Below, in pieces: positions 29,706 to 40,692 of a stretch of 64,000 nt of DNA. Position 1 is the first letter of the stretch; every line of letters begins with the position of its first letter. The translations under genes were made by a program, and so were the position numbers. The notes below the pieces were generated by a model. That model made no database searches. It was not told where the DNA came from and saw nothing but the letters and a program-made list of their open reading frames with translations. The DNA lies in contig CAYVNO010000009.1 in assembly GCA_964452935.1 (NCBI GenBank), positions 2,106-66,105 of the forward strand. Reading direction: 5' to 3'. This stretch comes from an uncultured Methanosarcinales archaeon. GTDB taxonomy: Archaea; Nanobdellota; Nanobdellia; Woesearchaeales; DSVV01.

Positions 29706-32458
29706 AAATCTTTATAAACCTCCCTTCCCACCAAATTTCTACAATGCTAACCAACAAACCAGAACCAAAACAATTTGTTATGCCAATTCTTATTTTTATT
29801 TTGATTGTATTCTTTATGTCAATATCAACAATAGTTAAACTAATCACAGACTATTGGTGGTTTCAAGCACTAAACTTTGAACAGATATTCCTAATATCAT
29901 TAAAAGCCAAGTTATTCCTATTCTTAATAACAGCTTCAATATTCTTCGTATTTGCCATATTAAACCTAATAATATGCTCATTTTTTAACAAAACAAAGAT
30001 TAAATTCAAACTTAAGCTATTAATAACTCTAATAATTTCAATTTTAATTGGAGCAGCATACTCACAGAACTGGTTCTCAGTCCTACAATACTTAAATCAG
30101 ACACCATTCAATCTACAAGATCCAATATTCTTTAAAGACGTTGCATTCTATATCTTCTCATTACCATTTATCTTAACAGCATGGAAGTTTGCAATAACTG
30201 TGATAGTCATAACAGCAATCCTAATAACTCTAGACTACCTTTCATCAGCATTATTAGATAAGGTAAAACAACCAAAAGTCATTGACCCAGAAAAACCACA
30301 ACAAAAACCTGATCTATTAAAACAACTTTTATCAAACAATAAAGCGGTCTACCACGTCTTCATCCTAGGTTCAATCTTTTTCGCATTATTAGCTATCTAC
30401 CATTATGTATCTAGATTCTCAATAATGTATTCAGAAGCAGGAATTGTAGTCGGAGCAGGATACACAGATGTTCACATATTTCTTCCAATCCTAAAACTAC
30501 TATCAATCTTAGCAATAATAATAGCACTATTCTTCTATGTCTGGATATTTTACATATCCAAACATCAAAAAATAAGAAAGAGACATATCCTAATGTATAT
30601 AGTGATTGTTTACTTACTAACATTCTTCATAGCACCATCAGTAATACCAGGGATAGTACAGTCATTAAAAGTCTCACCAAACGAAATGAATCTAGAACAA
30701 CCATTCATTGAGAACAATATAAGATTCACAAGAATAGCATATAATCTAGACAATGTAGAAGAAATAGATTTTGATGTACAACTATCATTAACACCAGAGA
30801 TACTAGAGAATGAAACTGAAATAATAGACAACATAAGAATCCTAGACTGGAGACCACTAACACAAACATACAAACAAACACAAGAAATTAGATTATATTA
30901 CGACTTATCAGAGATAGATATCGATCGTTACAACATAGACGGAAAATATACCCAAGTACTACTCTCAGCAAGAGAGCTAGATCAACAACAAATTGCAGAA
31001 AACGCAAAAACATGGGTTAACCTTCATGAAGTATATACGCATGGATTTGGAGTTGTAATGAGTCCTGTAAACGCAGTAACAGATCAAGGTCTTCCAAACT
31101 ATTTAATCAAAGATATCCCACCAACAACAGAAGAACCAATCCTTGAAATAGACAACCCAAGAATATACTATGGAGAAAAAGACAATGATTATGTTCTTGT
31201 AAACACTAAAACAGATGAGTTTGATTATCCAAAAGGAAACACAAACGAATACATAAATTACGACGGCAACGGAGGAATAGTACTTGACACATTCACAAAA
31301 AAACTATTAATGGCCATTAGATTCATGGATATAAAGATCCTACTCTCAACAGACATTACATCAGAATCAAAAATAATGTTTAATAGAAACATACAAGACA
31401 GAATTTCAAAGATAACTCCATTTTTATTATTAGATGAAGATCCATATTTAGTAATAAATGAAGGAAAGCTATTCTGGATACAAGACGCATACACAATATC
31501 TGGAAATTTCCCTTACTCTGAAAAGATAGGTGGAATAAACTACATGAGAAACCCAGTTAAGATAATCGTTGACACATATAACGGAGATGTAACATATTAC
31601 ATCATAGACGACAGTGACCCACTCATGGAAACATACTCAAATATATTCCCAGAAGAATTCAAAACATATGAAGAATTCCCTGAAGGATTAAAAGAACACA
31701 TAAGATATCCAGAAGGGTTATTCAAGGTTCAGACATACATCTACAACGATTACCACATGGATGACGCAACAGTGTTCTATAACAAAGAAGACGCATGGGA
31801 AACACCTAGTGAAGTTTATGGAACAGGACAAGAAGTAGATGTAGAACCATATTACATAATTACAAAACTACCCGAAGAAGAAACAGAGGAATTCATCCTT
31901 ATGACCTCGTTCACACCATTAAAAAAAGATAACATGATCGCATGGATGGCAGCGAGATCAGACGGAGACAACTACGGAAAGTTATTACTATACAAATTCT
32001 CTAAAGACAAACTTGTCTATGGACCATTACAAATAGAAGCTAAGTTTGACCAAGACTCAGAGATATCACAACAACTAACACTATGGTCTCAACAAGGATC
32101 AAGAGTAACAAGAGGAAATCTGTTAGTGATTCCAATCAAGGACAGCATCCTATACATTGAACCACTTTATATCCAAGCAGAAACAGGACAACTACCTGAA
32201 CTAAAAAGAGTTCTTGTTTCAGATGGTGAAAGAGTAGTCATGGAAATAGATTTAGCAACTGCCCTAGAAGCATTGTTTGGTAAAGCAACAACAAAAACTA
32301 CAACTACAACACTCCAAGAAGATAAAACAAACGAAGAGTTAATCTCAGAAGCACAAACATACTACAATAATATGGAAAACAATGCAGGAACTAACTGGAC
32401 AGCATACGGAGAAAACTTTGACAGACTCGGAGAAATACTAGGAAAACTAATAGAATAA
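29702..32458 (+). CDS. UPF0182 (COG1615) family membrane protein
   Basis: TDYWWF, DPIF.KDV.FY.F.LP, GAGYTDV, NIRILD, YTHGFG, PRIYYGE, WIQDAYT, RGNLLVIP; true start may be 14-26 codons downstream. Confidence 0.9.
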   Translation: MKIFINLPSHQISTMLTNKPEPKQFVMPILIFILIVFFMSISTIVKLITDYWWFQALNFEQIFLISLKAKLFLFLITASIFFVFAILNLIICSFFNKTKIKFKLKLLITLIISILIGAAYSQNWFSVLQYLNQTPFNLQDPIFFKDVAFYIFSLPFILTAWKFAITVIVITAILITLDYLSSALLDKVKQPKVIDPEKPQQKPDLLKQLLSNNKAVYHVFILGSIFFALLAIYHYVSRFSIMYSEAGIVVGAGYTDVHIFLPILKLLSILAIIIALFFYVWIFYISKHQKIRKRHILMYIVIVYLLTFFIAPSVIPGIVQSLKVSPNEMNLEQPFIENNIRFTRIAYNLDNVEEIDFDVQLSLTPEILENETEIIDNIRILDWRPLTQTYKQTQEIRLYYDLSEIDIDRYNIDGKYTQVLLSARELDQQQIAENAKTWVNLHEVYTHGFGVVMSPVNAVTDQGLPNYLIKDIPPTTEEPILEIDNPRIYYGEKDNDYVLVNTKTDEFDYPKGNTNEYINYDGNGGIVLDTFTKKLLMAIRFMDIKILLSTDITSESKIMFNRNIQDRISKITPFLLLDEDPYLVINEGKLFWIQDAYTISGNFPYSEKIGGINYMRNPVKIIVDTYNGDVTYYIIDDSDPLMETYSNIFPEEFKTYEEFPEGLKEHIRYPEGLFKVQTYIYNDYHMDDATVFYNKEDAWETPSEVYGTGQEVDVEPYYIITKLPEEETEEFILMTSFTPLKKDNMIAWMAARSDGDNYGKLLLYKFSKDKLVYGPLQIEAKFDQDSEISQQLTLWSQQGSRVTRGNLLVIPIKDSILYIEPLYIQAETGQLPELKRVLVSDGERVVMEIDLATALEALFGKATTKTTTTTLQEDKTNEELISEAQTYYNNMENNAGTNWTAYGENFDRLGEILGKLIE

Positions 32459-32470
32459 TTTTTTCTTTTC

Positions 32471-33415
32471 TTATTTCAGCGTTGTTATAGGCCTTGACTG
32501 TAAGATATATATCTTATCCTTAAAAGCCCACTCAATATCCTGAGGAAAGTCATAATGATCTTCAATCAATCTGCCAATAGATGTTAATTCCATAATCTCT
32601 TCTGGATTCAAAACTTCTTCTTCACCATGAAAAATATCAACTTTCTCTGTCTTTCCATCTTTCTTAAATAATCCCCACTCTTGATTATTTATGTGCTTTT
32701 GGTTAGAAACTCCATTCTTTTTATCAACCATATAACTATCTGGAGTAATTGAACCAGATACCAAAGATTCACCTAACCCATAAACTCCTTCAATAACCAT
32801 CTCTTCCCTGTTATTTGTAACAGGATTCACAGTAAACATAACTCCAGCCTTATCCGCGTCAACCATTACCTGGATAACAACAGCTATCAATACATCCTCA
32901 TGCTCAAAATTATTCTTTTCCCTATAAAAAATAGCCCGTGGAGTAAACAGCGAAGCCCAACACCTTTGCACATCCCTGATAACATTCTCCACACTTCTAA
33001 CATTCAAATACGTATCCTGCTGACCAGCAAAACTTGCCTCAGGCAAATCTTCAGCAGTTGCAGAACTTCTTACAGCAACAAACTCAAACCCCTCCTCTAA
33101 CAAAACATTATATGCTGCACTAACTTCATCTTTAATATCTGCTGGTATTTCCTTAGCTAAAATCAATTTTTGTATCTTTTTAGAAGCCCTATCTAACTGT
33201 TTAGTGTCTTCAATATTTAATTTCGCTAAAATAAAATTAATTTCATCTTTTATCCCAACACTTTTAATAAATTTTTCATACGTTTGTGCAGTTACACAAA
33301 AACCATTTGGAACAGGAATATTATTATTAAATAATTCACCCAGATTAGCACCTTTTCCACCAACTACTCCCACATCATTCTTCCCTATATCTTTAAACCA
33401 TAAAATATCCTTCAT
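32471..33415 (-). CDS. Stand-alone ATP-grasp (PEP synthase N-terminal) dikinase subunit
   Basis: VGGKGANLGEL, VPNGF, AVRSSATAED..ASFAGQQDT, GLGESLVSG..PD, PQDIEW, ILQSRPIT, then stop: no His domain and no PEP-binding barrel. Confidence 0.93.
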   Translation of the reverse strand: MKDILWFKDIGKNDVGVVGGKGANLGELFNNNIPVPNGFCVTAQTYEKFIKSVGIKDEINFILAKLNIEDTKQLDRASKKIQKLILAKEIPADIKDEVSAAYNVLLEEGFEFVAVRSSATAEDLPEASFAGQQDTYLNVRSVENVIRDVQRCWASLFTPRAIFYREKNNFEHEDVLIAVVIQVMVDADKAGVMFTVNPVTNNREEMVIEGVYGLGESLVSGSITPDSYMVDKKNGVSNQKHINNQEWGLFKKDGKTEKVDIFHGEEEVLNPEEIMELTSIGRLIEDHYDFPQDIEWAFKDKIYILQSRPITTLK

Positions 33416-34545
33416 TTTTTACCATCCCAACTCTCTCCTTCAACCTTTTTCGCAGGACATCCTGCCCAATGTTCCCCAGAAGGAACATCTTTTAGAACAA
33501 CACTATTATCGTCGATAACAGCGTTCTTTCCAACAGTAGTTCCAGCCCTTATTAATACATCATGACCAATTCTAACATCATCTCCAATAATGGTTCTACC
33601 ATACATTGAATAATTAACCCCATACTCGTGGCCATCGATATATCCTCCCTTACCAATTGTCGCATTATCTCCAATTGAAATATATTCTGGATGAATATGG
33701 TCTGGCATAGAATTTCTTCCAATAAAAACATTCTTCCCTATCTTCACACCAACCATTCTATAGGCCATTTTCTTCAAAAATTGTATTCCTAATAGATTAA
33801 AAAACTCCATAACCATACCATTCAAATAAATCCTTAAAACATTCCTTGCTCTCCACCAATCATTTCCAGCATTTCCTCTATCTCCACCATAAAGAATCTT
33901 AATCAATCTCTCAGACTTATTTTTTCTAAAATCATCTTGCTTCTTTTTAGCTGTTTCATAATACTTTTCAGGCTTTTCTCCACTCATCTTAAAATATTTA
34001 TCAATTTCATCCTTAGAGAACTTCTTAATCAATCTTGCATCCTTTGATCCCCAAAACTCTCCTTCCTTAGTCTCTCCCCTCATATTAGTGTATAATCCAA
34101 CAATACTATTCTTATTAACATAACTCCCAGGATATAACTTAGCACCGCCAGAAACCAACACATTCTCATCTACAAAAATCTTCCCTAAAACCAACTTTAG
34201 CTTCCCATCTTCCTCTTTAAACTCATGTGCATAATACTGGCTCAACCCACCAATTAATGTATTTCCTTTGATAGTTATCAACTCAGGAAAATAAACATCA
34301 AAATAATTATACATAGGGATACAAACTTCATCTCCTAAATTCAAACCAGTAGACTTCAACAAGAAACTCTTAAACCACATTGGAGGTATTTTTTGTGTAA
34401 CAATAACAACTAATTTATTATACCAAGCCCTAAAAGGCCTTAAATTGATATTCTTCTTATTAGAAATCTCAATCTCGACAACCCTTTTCTTCCCATCTAA
34501 TAACTCTTTCAAAGCATTCTTTATTCTTTGTTTGTCTTGATTCAT
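33412..34545 (-). CDS. Tandem left-handed beta-helix acetyltransferase with two YvoF-like units
   Basis: Two units: FDVYFPELITI..N.LIG....AHEF and PDHIHPEYISIG.NATIG....GHEY, plus hexapeptide repeats and KDVP...WAGCPA. Confidence 0.75.
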   Translation of the reverse strand: MNQDKQRIKNALKELLDGKKRVVEIEISNKKNINLRPFRAWYNKLVVIVTQKIPPMWFKSFLLKSTGLNLGDEVCIPMYNYFDVYFPELITIKGNTLIGGLSQYYAHEFKEEDGKLKLVLGKIFVDENVLVSGGAKLYPGSYVNKNSIVGLYTNMRGETKEGEFWGSKDARLIKKFSKDEIDKYFKMSGEKPEKYYETAKKKQDDFRKNKSERLIKILYGGDRGNAGNDWWRARNVLRIYLNGMVMEFFNLLGIQFLKKMAYRMVGVKIGKNVFIGRNSMPDHIHPEYISIGDNATIGKGGYIDGHEYGVNYSMYGRTIIGDDVRIGHDVLIRAGTTVGKNAVIDDNSVVLKDVPSGEHWAGCPAKKVEGESWDGKK

Positions 34546-36038
34546 TTCATCACCCTAACTACACCATGATTAGCATTTACTTCAACTAAATCTCCTGTCT
34601 TTAAAACTTTTGTTGCAATTTTAGTACCAATTATACATGGAATTCCTAATTCCCGAGAAACAATAGCTGCATGACACGTCAACCCACCTTCATCTGTAAC
34701 AACAGCCACACTCTTTTTCATTGCTGGTAGAAACTCAGGTCTTGTCATAGTTGTCACAAGCACACAACCTTCCTCAACTTTCTCAATATTCTTAACATTC
34801 TTACAAACATTAACCTTACCAACAACCTTCCCAATAGAAGCACACATCCCATTAATCTCTTTCATATCATCGTCCTGCTTCTGTTTGTCTAACATTTTAA
34901 TAAATTCATCAAAGTCCTTACCAATTAAAATACTCCTATCCTTGTTAACATAAACAAAAGCACTCTTTTTCCTTCTTTCTGCAAGCATCTTCTCATCAAC
35001 ACCATCCAGAACCTCATCAGGCAATAAATATTTCAAATTCTCAGATTTCGTATTCTTCCTTCTTGCAATCTCCATAACATACTTCTCCATTGCCACACAA
35101 CCTTTTAAAACCAGAATTTTTCTATCATCCTGCCAATAAGTCACAAACTCGGTTAAATCTAAATACATCTTTAACTCATCAGACAACTCAAGCTCTTTAT
35201 ACAACCTTTTTTTATTCTCAACATTCTCTTTTAACACATTCTCATCTATAAATGGAATATCATCATTCATTTTAATATGCTCTTTCAAATCATTAACTAA
35301 ACCATCAACATCCAATTCCTTGCCACCTGCCCATGTAGCTTTAATCCAAGAAAAGTCCTTCACAAATCTCCCAACTAATTTCTTCAATTCCCCTTCAACA
35401 ATAATTTCATCGACAGAAGAATCATTAAACATTTTCAATAATTTATTATCTTGCCTAATCAACTCAAGCATCTTATGTAACATATTATTGATATCCATAT
35501 TAAAGGATCTCTTAGTTGGCTGAGATAATAAGGTGAAATAAGTTGTAAATTCCTTTTCTAACTTTTTCTTCTGTAAATCTTTTAATAACAAGTCCTTAAC
35601 TAAAACATCAGTTGTTAGAGCAAACCCTTCAATTGCATGAGAAGTATCAAAAGCACCATAAAACAATTTAGAAAATTCAACATACCCTTTAAGTAGTCTA
35701 TCATCACTCAACTCATTAATCTTAGACAACTTAGTTTTAATATGATTTAACATAGGTTTACCTTCTTCTTTACTCTGATTCCATAAAAATTTAGTATAAT
35801 CCTTATCTTTTTTATACCTCTTAACAATATTATCTGCCACATTATGAAGATCTGCCCTATTATAATACAAATCACAATAATCATCTCTATAAATCATAAT
35901 AAACTTTGAATGATTAAACCCCAAAGACTTCTTCATACCAAAAATAGCAGTAACAGGACCAGCATGAATAAAAGCAGGCACTGCATTAATCCCCTGCACA
36001 TACCATCTTTCCTTTACTAATAATTTGAATTTCTTCAT
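34542..36038 (-). CDS. Variable domain + phospho-His swivel domain protein (paralog 1 of 13)
   Basis: WQDDRK; DEGGLTCHAAIVSRE. Confidence 0.85.
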   Translation of the reverse strand: MKKFKLLVKERWYVQGINAVPAFIHAGPVTAIFGMKKSLGFNHSKFIMIYRDDYCDLYYNRADLHNVADNIVKRYKKDKDYTKFLWNQSKEEGKPMLNHIKTKLSKINELSDDRLLKGYVEFSKLFYGAFDTSHAIEGFALTTDVLVKDLLLKDLQKKKLEKEFTTYFTLLSQPTKRSFNMDINNMLHKMLELIRQDNKLLKMFNDSSVDEIIVEGELKKLVGRFVKDFSWIKATWAGGKELDVDGLVNDLKEHIKMNDDIPFIDENVLKENVENKKRLYKELELSDELKMYLDLTEFVTYWQDDRKILVLKGCVAMEKYVMEIARRKNTKSENLKYLLPDEVLDGVDEKMLAERRKKSAFVYVNKDRSILIGKDFDEFIKMLDKQKQDDDMKEINGMCASIGKVVGKVNVCKNVKNIEKVEEGCVLVTTMTRPEFLPAMKKSVAVVTDEGGLTCHAAIVSRELGIPCIIGTKIATKVLKTGDLVEVNANHGVVRVMK

Positions 36039-37484
36039 TTAATCACCAATAATCTTAATTAACCCATGATTAGCTTTTACTTCGACATTCATCCCATCCT
36101 TTAAAACCCTTGTAGCAACCTTAGTCCCAATCACACAAGGGATCCCTAACTCTCTGCTTACAACAGCAGCATGAGAAGTAATTCCACCTTCATCTGTAAC
36201 AATCGCCCCAGCCTTTTTCATCGCAACAACAAAATCAGGAGAGGTCATAGTTGCAACAAGGATCTCACCTTGTTGTAATTTATCACACTCTTTTGGATTC
36301 ATCAATACTCTTACTTTCCCAATAGCCCTACCTTGATTCGCACACATGCCCTCAATCTCACTCACACCGCCATCTTGTGTTACACCAAAAACATCTCTCT
36401 CCTTCTTCTCAGCAGCTTTACCTAACAATATTTCTACATCCGGATCATCATCTCTATAAATCAACGCACAATAATCGGATTGCTTTTTCAATAAGTCAAT
36501 TGGAACATCCCCCCCATTTAGAATACTAACTATTTGTTTAGGAAATGCATATCTCAACAAATCATAACTAATATTTTTACGCCTTGCAACCTCCTTGCAA
36601 GATTCATCAAGATAAAAATTTGACTCTAATGCAACCGCTTTTCTACAATCCTGCACATAACCAAATTCATCAATTAACCAGACTAACTTCTTAGTTTGTT
36701 CATCAAAATCTAATTTAAGCATAATATCTTCTTTATCTTTTTTTAACTTTTGAAGTCTTTCTTCAAATCTATTCAAACTTGTAACATCGACATGATCTTC
36801 AATATGCTTTTTCACAACACCCCTAAAATAATCAATTCCTAGTTTAGAAGTCTCAAAAAAACCATTCATTACCCAATAGTACTTTTCAGAATGATTAACC
36901 AGGAGTGTTTTCACTTCTTCATCATCAATACCATTCTCCTTTGCAAGTTTAGTGATCTTAAGAATCTCAGCCTCTTCTTCAGTCGTATAAGAACTCTTTG
37001 TTGTAGTAACAAGAGTGTTAAAATATAATTTATGTTGTTCAGCATTCAACTTTTTCTTTAAAATTAACTCAGCAGTAAATGTGATGGGCTCAATAATTTG
37101 AGTTATGGCCCACCATTCTGCATGCAATTTATCGTGTTCTTTGTATAATTTGAGTAATTCACTATCATCTAAATCAATAAAATTTAATTCAGATAATTTT
37201 TTTATTAATAATTTAAGCTCATCTTCCTTTGATCTCCATTTACCCATAATAATTTTAAAATTATCATCATCCAGGAAATCAGGAAGCATCTTTTTTCCAT
37301 AATTAATCATTTCATCAAGATCACATCCTGCCCTAATGAAACCTCTTCTATAAAAAGTATAAAGCATAGAAGCATAACAGCCACCAAAGTTCTGTTTTAA
37401 AGGATACATTGCTCCAAGAACACCTTTATGCAAAAGATGTATTGCACCAGGTCTTTCCCACACCCACCAATTAATATTTTTCAT
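36039..37484 (-). CDS. Variable domain + phospho-His swivel domain protein (paralog 2)
   Basis: KYYWVMN, VQDCRK; DEGGITSHAAVVSRE. Confidence 0.85.
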   Translation of the reverse strand: MKNINWWVWERPGAIHLLHKGVLGAMYPLKQNFGGCYASMLYTFYRRGFIRAGCDLDEMINYGKKMLPDFLDDDNFKIIMGKWRSKEDELKLLIKKLSELNFIDLDDSELLKLYKEHDKLHAEWWAITQIIEPITFTAELILKKKLNAEQHKLYFNTLVTTTKSSYTTEEEAEILKITKLAKENGIDDEEVKTLLVNHSEKYYWVMNGFFETSKLGIDYFRGVVKKHIEDHVDVTSLNRFEERLQKLKKDKEDIMLKLDFDEQTKKLVWLIDEFGYVQDCRKAVALESNFYLDESCKEVARRKNISYDLLRYAFPKQIVSILNGGDVPIDLLKKQSDYCALIYRDDDPDVEILLGKAAEKKERDVFGVTQDGGVSEIEGMCANQGRAIGKVRVLMNPKECDKLQQGEILVATMTSPDFVVAMKKAGAIVTDEGGITSHAAVVSRELGIPCVIGTKVATRVLKDGMNVEVKANHGLIKIIGD

Positions 37485-37543
37485 TCATAAACACCTTTTC
37501 TCAATAAACTCTCTCAAATATATAAATATTATGCCAGAAACAG

Positions 37544-38989
37544 CTATTTAATCTTGTTTACTAGACCATTCTTAAAGTCCATTTCAACTAAATCTCCACT
37601 ATCAAGTATCTTTGTCGCTACCTTTGTACCAATGATACACGGAATCTTCAACTCTCTCGAAACAATTGCTGCGTGACATGTTAAACCTCCTTCATCTGTA
37701 ATCACCGCTTTTGCTTTTCTCATCATAGGCATAAACTCTGGCCTAGTCATAGTTGTAACTAAAATACTTCCTTCTTCAAATTTATCTCTTTTTGTATCTA
37801 AAACTTTACACACTTTACCACTAACTTTCTCCCCACTAAAAGAAACCATTCCTTTAAACTCACATTTCATAATGTTTTCCATATAAACATTGTAAAGTTC
37901 TTCTGCCTCTTTACCAACAATAATTTTTTCTCCATCTTCATCAAAATAATTAACAAAAACATCTTTCCTTTTTAATATCTCGTTAACATCAATCTTTTTT
38001 CCCAATAAAAAATCAATCGCCTCTTTCTCTGTAAAACACATTAGATCCCCAACATTAGTCTTCTTTCTTCTAGAAATCTCCACAATGATCTTATTCATTG
38101 AAAAAACTCCCCTAATCATGCCTTCTTTCCTTATATCAATGAGTTCACCAAATCTTGAAATCAAACTAAACAACACCTTATCCTCTTCATCCAACTTAAC
38201 ATCTTTAATAATTTCTTTTTTATACTTAGCAACCTTTTTCTCACTCTCTTCAGTCTCTTCTAACTCCCTAATTAACTCATTCTTAGACTTCTTCTTCAAC
38301 TCATTCTTAACTCGTATCGAGACATCTTTCTTAGTTAACTCTGAAGCACCACAATAATTAGAATCAATCCAAAAATATTTTGAATGGAATTCATCAACAC
38401 TCATTTTCCCTAAACAAACACCAATAAAATCCATCTTCTCTTGTGTCAAAAAGCTTCTTCTCTCAGGTGTAGACAACAAAACCAAAGTCTCAGCAACATC
38501 TCTATCATTTAATTTATACTTTTTCTTAATAAAATCATGCAATTTCTCTGTATAAGGATCAACAATCTCCCAAAAAGTGCCATAAACAACAAAATCAGAT
38601 AATATTTTAATAAACTTCTTATACAATTTAGCCAACTCAGTATCAGAAAGATCTCTCAAGTCAGTATTAACAATCTCTTCATTTACCTTAATCAGATTTT
38701 CCCTAATTTTCCACCATGGTTTAATCAAATTTTCAAAATAATCATTATCCTTCTTAACTTCCCCATAAACTTCACTAAACAAATCAAACTTCTCATTTTG
38801 TGGAGTTAACTCTGTCGCAATTCCGTCTTTATACAAAGCACATGAATACTGCAAAACAGGTTTTCCTAAAACCAACTTCTGCTGGGCAAAACAATTCATA
38901 ATATAATGAAACAACTGAAAAGAACCAGGAGCTTCCTCTCTCCACCAAACAGTATTCTTTAATCTGTCTTTAACTTTTCTAAAACTCAT
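37544..38989 (-). CDS. Variable domain + phospho-His swivel domain protein (paralog 3)
   Basis: KYFWIDSNY, LIDIRK; DEGGLTCHAAIVSRE. Confidence 0.85.
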   Translation of the reverse strand: MSFRKVKDRLKNTVWWREEAPGSFQLFHYIMNCFAQQKLVLGKPVLQYSCALYKDGIATELTPQNEKFDLFSEVYGEVKKDNDYFENLIKPWWKIRENLIKVNEEIVNTDLRDLSDTELAKLYKKFIKILSDFVVYGTFWEIVDPYTEKLHDFIKKKYKLNDRDVAETLVLLSTPERRSFLTQEKMDFIGVCLGKMSVDEFHSKYFWIDSNYCGASELTKKDVSIRVKNELKKKSKNELIRELEETEESEKKVAKYKKEIIKDVKLDEEDKVLFSLISRFGELIDIRKEGMIRGVFSMNKIIVEISRRKKTNVGDLMCFTEKEAIDFLLGKKIDVNEILKRKDVFVNYFDEDGEKIIVGKEAEELYNVYMENIMKCEFKGMVSFSGEKVSGKVCKVLDTKRDKFEEGSILVTTMTRPEFMPMMRKAKAVITDEGGLTCHAAIVSRELKIPCIIGTKVATKILDSGDLVEMDFKNGLVNKIK

Positions 38990-40473
38990 TTTAACCTAAC
39001 AATCCCTCTGTCCGCATCTACCTCTACCAAATCACCATCTTTTAAAACTTTTGTGGCTATTTTTGTCCCAATAACACAAGGAATCCCTAGTTCTCTAGAA
39101 ACAATCGCTGCATGTGAAGTAACTCCACCCTCCTCTGTCACAATCGCAGCTGCCTTTTTCATTCCAACAACATAATCCGGCCTTGTCATGATTGCTACCA
39201 AAATATCTCCTTTTTTCACCTTACCGACCTCTGTCGCACTTTTACATATCTTTACTCTTCCAACTACCTTACCAACAGAAGCACACAAACCATTAATCTC
39301 TTTAATTCCAGAATGATCTTGATTCCCTAAAATCAACTCTTTCAAATCCCTTATCTTCTCAATATTTGTAATAACTTCCACACCATCATCATCCCAGTAT
39401 GTTACACATTCCTTAACCCTTTCTTTTACTTCACTCTTCCCAACTACTTTCTCCAAAAAATTAGAGATCTCATCCATACTAATAAATTTCATTTCATCTA
39501 AACTAAAACCAAATCGTTTCCCAATCTCCTCTGCCAACATAAACATATAATTAGCATTCCAGTACGTTGCTCTCTTTCTTTCATCTTGCCAAAAAGTAAA
39601 ATCCTCAGATATAGTCAACAAAGTAACTAAATAAGGATCTAACTCCAATTTCTTAATTAGTTTCTCTTTCGCTACTTTATTTCTTTCTGGCGTACCCTTA
39701 ATCTTTTCAATCTCTTCATTAATATCTCTGCCAGAATCAATTGTCTCTTTAATCTCTTTCAGAAAGAAATCCTCCTCTAAAACAAATGCATCGAAATAAT
39801 TATTCCTAGACCAAAAGTATTTCTTAACATAGTCTTTCATCTCTTTCTCTCCTTTCCCACTTTTAACTAATAAAGCAATTTTCAATAAATCAATCTCTGC
39901 AACATTAATAAAAGATTGGTGTACAGGGGCACTTAAAACAGAAAATATTTCAGGAAACTTATCATCCATCTCCTTCTCTTCTAGAATCTCTTTAATCTTA
40001 TCAGCAATTATTATATCTGTACCTAAAGCAAACCCATCAATAATCGAACTAGAAGAAAACCTATCAAAACCAATCTCCTTGAACTCAATAAACAACTCAA
40101 TCAGCTCCTTATCACTCAACTTCTTCAAATCCAATTTACCAATCTCTAAACATTTAGAATAAAACCTCTCATCTGCATCTTCCCACCCCTTAATCAAATC
40201 TTTACTAATATTGGGATTAACTTCTGCTAGTTTCATAATATTCAAAGAGATTCTTCTAATATCTTCCATATCAATATACCAGTCAGCCCTTCCATTCTTA
40301 AAAAAACAAACCCTTATTCCTTTCCCACAATCTCTTTTTTTAGATTCATTCCTAATCTCAGACTGAGCAATTGACTCTAATAATAACAAACAGCCATCAA
40401 ATCTCTGATGATACCATTTCTTACCCCTTAAATCATTCCATCTTTCCTTTAATAATCCTTTTTTGAATCTCAT
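38986..40473 (-). CDS. Variable domain + phospho-His swivel domain protein (paralog 4)
   Basis: KYFWSRNNY, WQDERK; EEGGVTSHAAIVSRE. Confidence 0.85.
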   Translation of the reverse strand: MRFKKGLLKERWNDLRGKKWYHQRFDGCLLLLESIAQSEIRNESKKRDCGKGIRVCFFKNGRADWYIDMEDIRRISLNIMKLAEVNPNISKDLIKGWEDADERFYSKCLEIGKLDLKKLSDKELIELFIEFKEIGFDRFSSSSIIDGFALGTDIIIADKIKEILEEKEMDDKFPEIFSVLSAPVHQSFINVAEIDLLKIALLVKSGKGEKEMKDYVKKYFWSRNNYFDAFVLEEDFFLKEIKETIDSGRDINEEIEKIKGTPERNKVAKEKLIKKLELDPYLVTLLTISEDFTFWQDERKRATYWNANYMFMLAEEIGKRFGFSLDEMKFISMDEISNFLEKVVGKSEVKERVKECVTYWDDDGVEVITNIEKIRDLKELILGNQDHSGIKEINGLCASVGKVVGRVKICKSATEVGKVKKGDILVAIMTRPDYVVGMKKAAAIVTEEGGVTSHAAIVSRELGIPCVIGTKIATKVLKDGDLVEVDADRGIVRLK

Positions 40474-40692
40474 TTTACACCAACAATCTAAACAATAACA
40501 AACACACTACAATAAACAACAAAGTCCAAAAAAAGATACCTACATTTAACTTGAACTTTCTCTTATTCAAATGATAGTTCATAATAGTTGCTTTCATAAA
40601 CATAAGTAACCAAAATACAGTTATAAATGGTTGTAGTTATAAATATTACTACAGACATAAGATTTATATATCAGAACAACTTAATTACACAT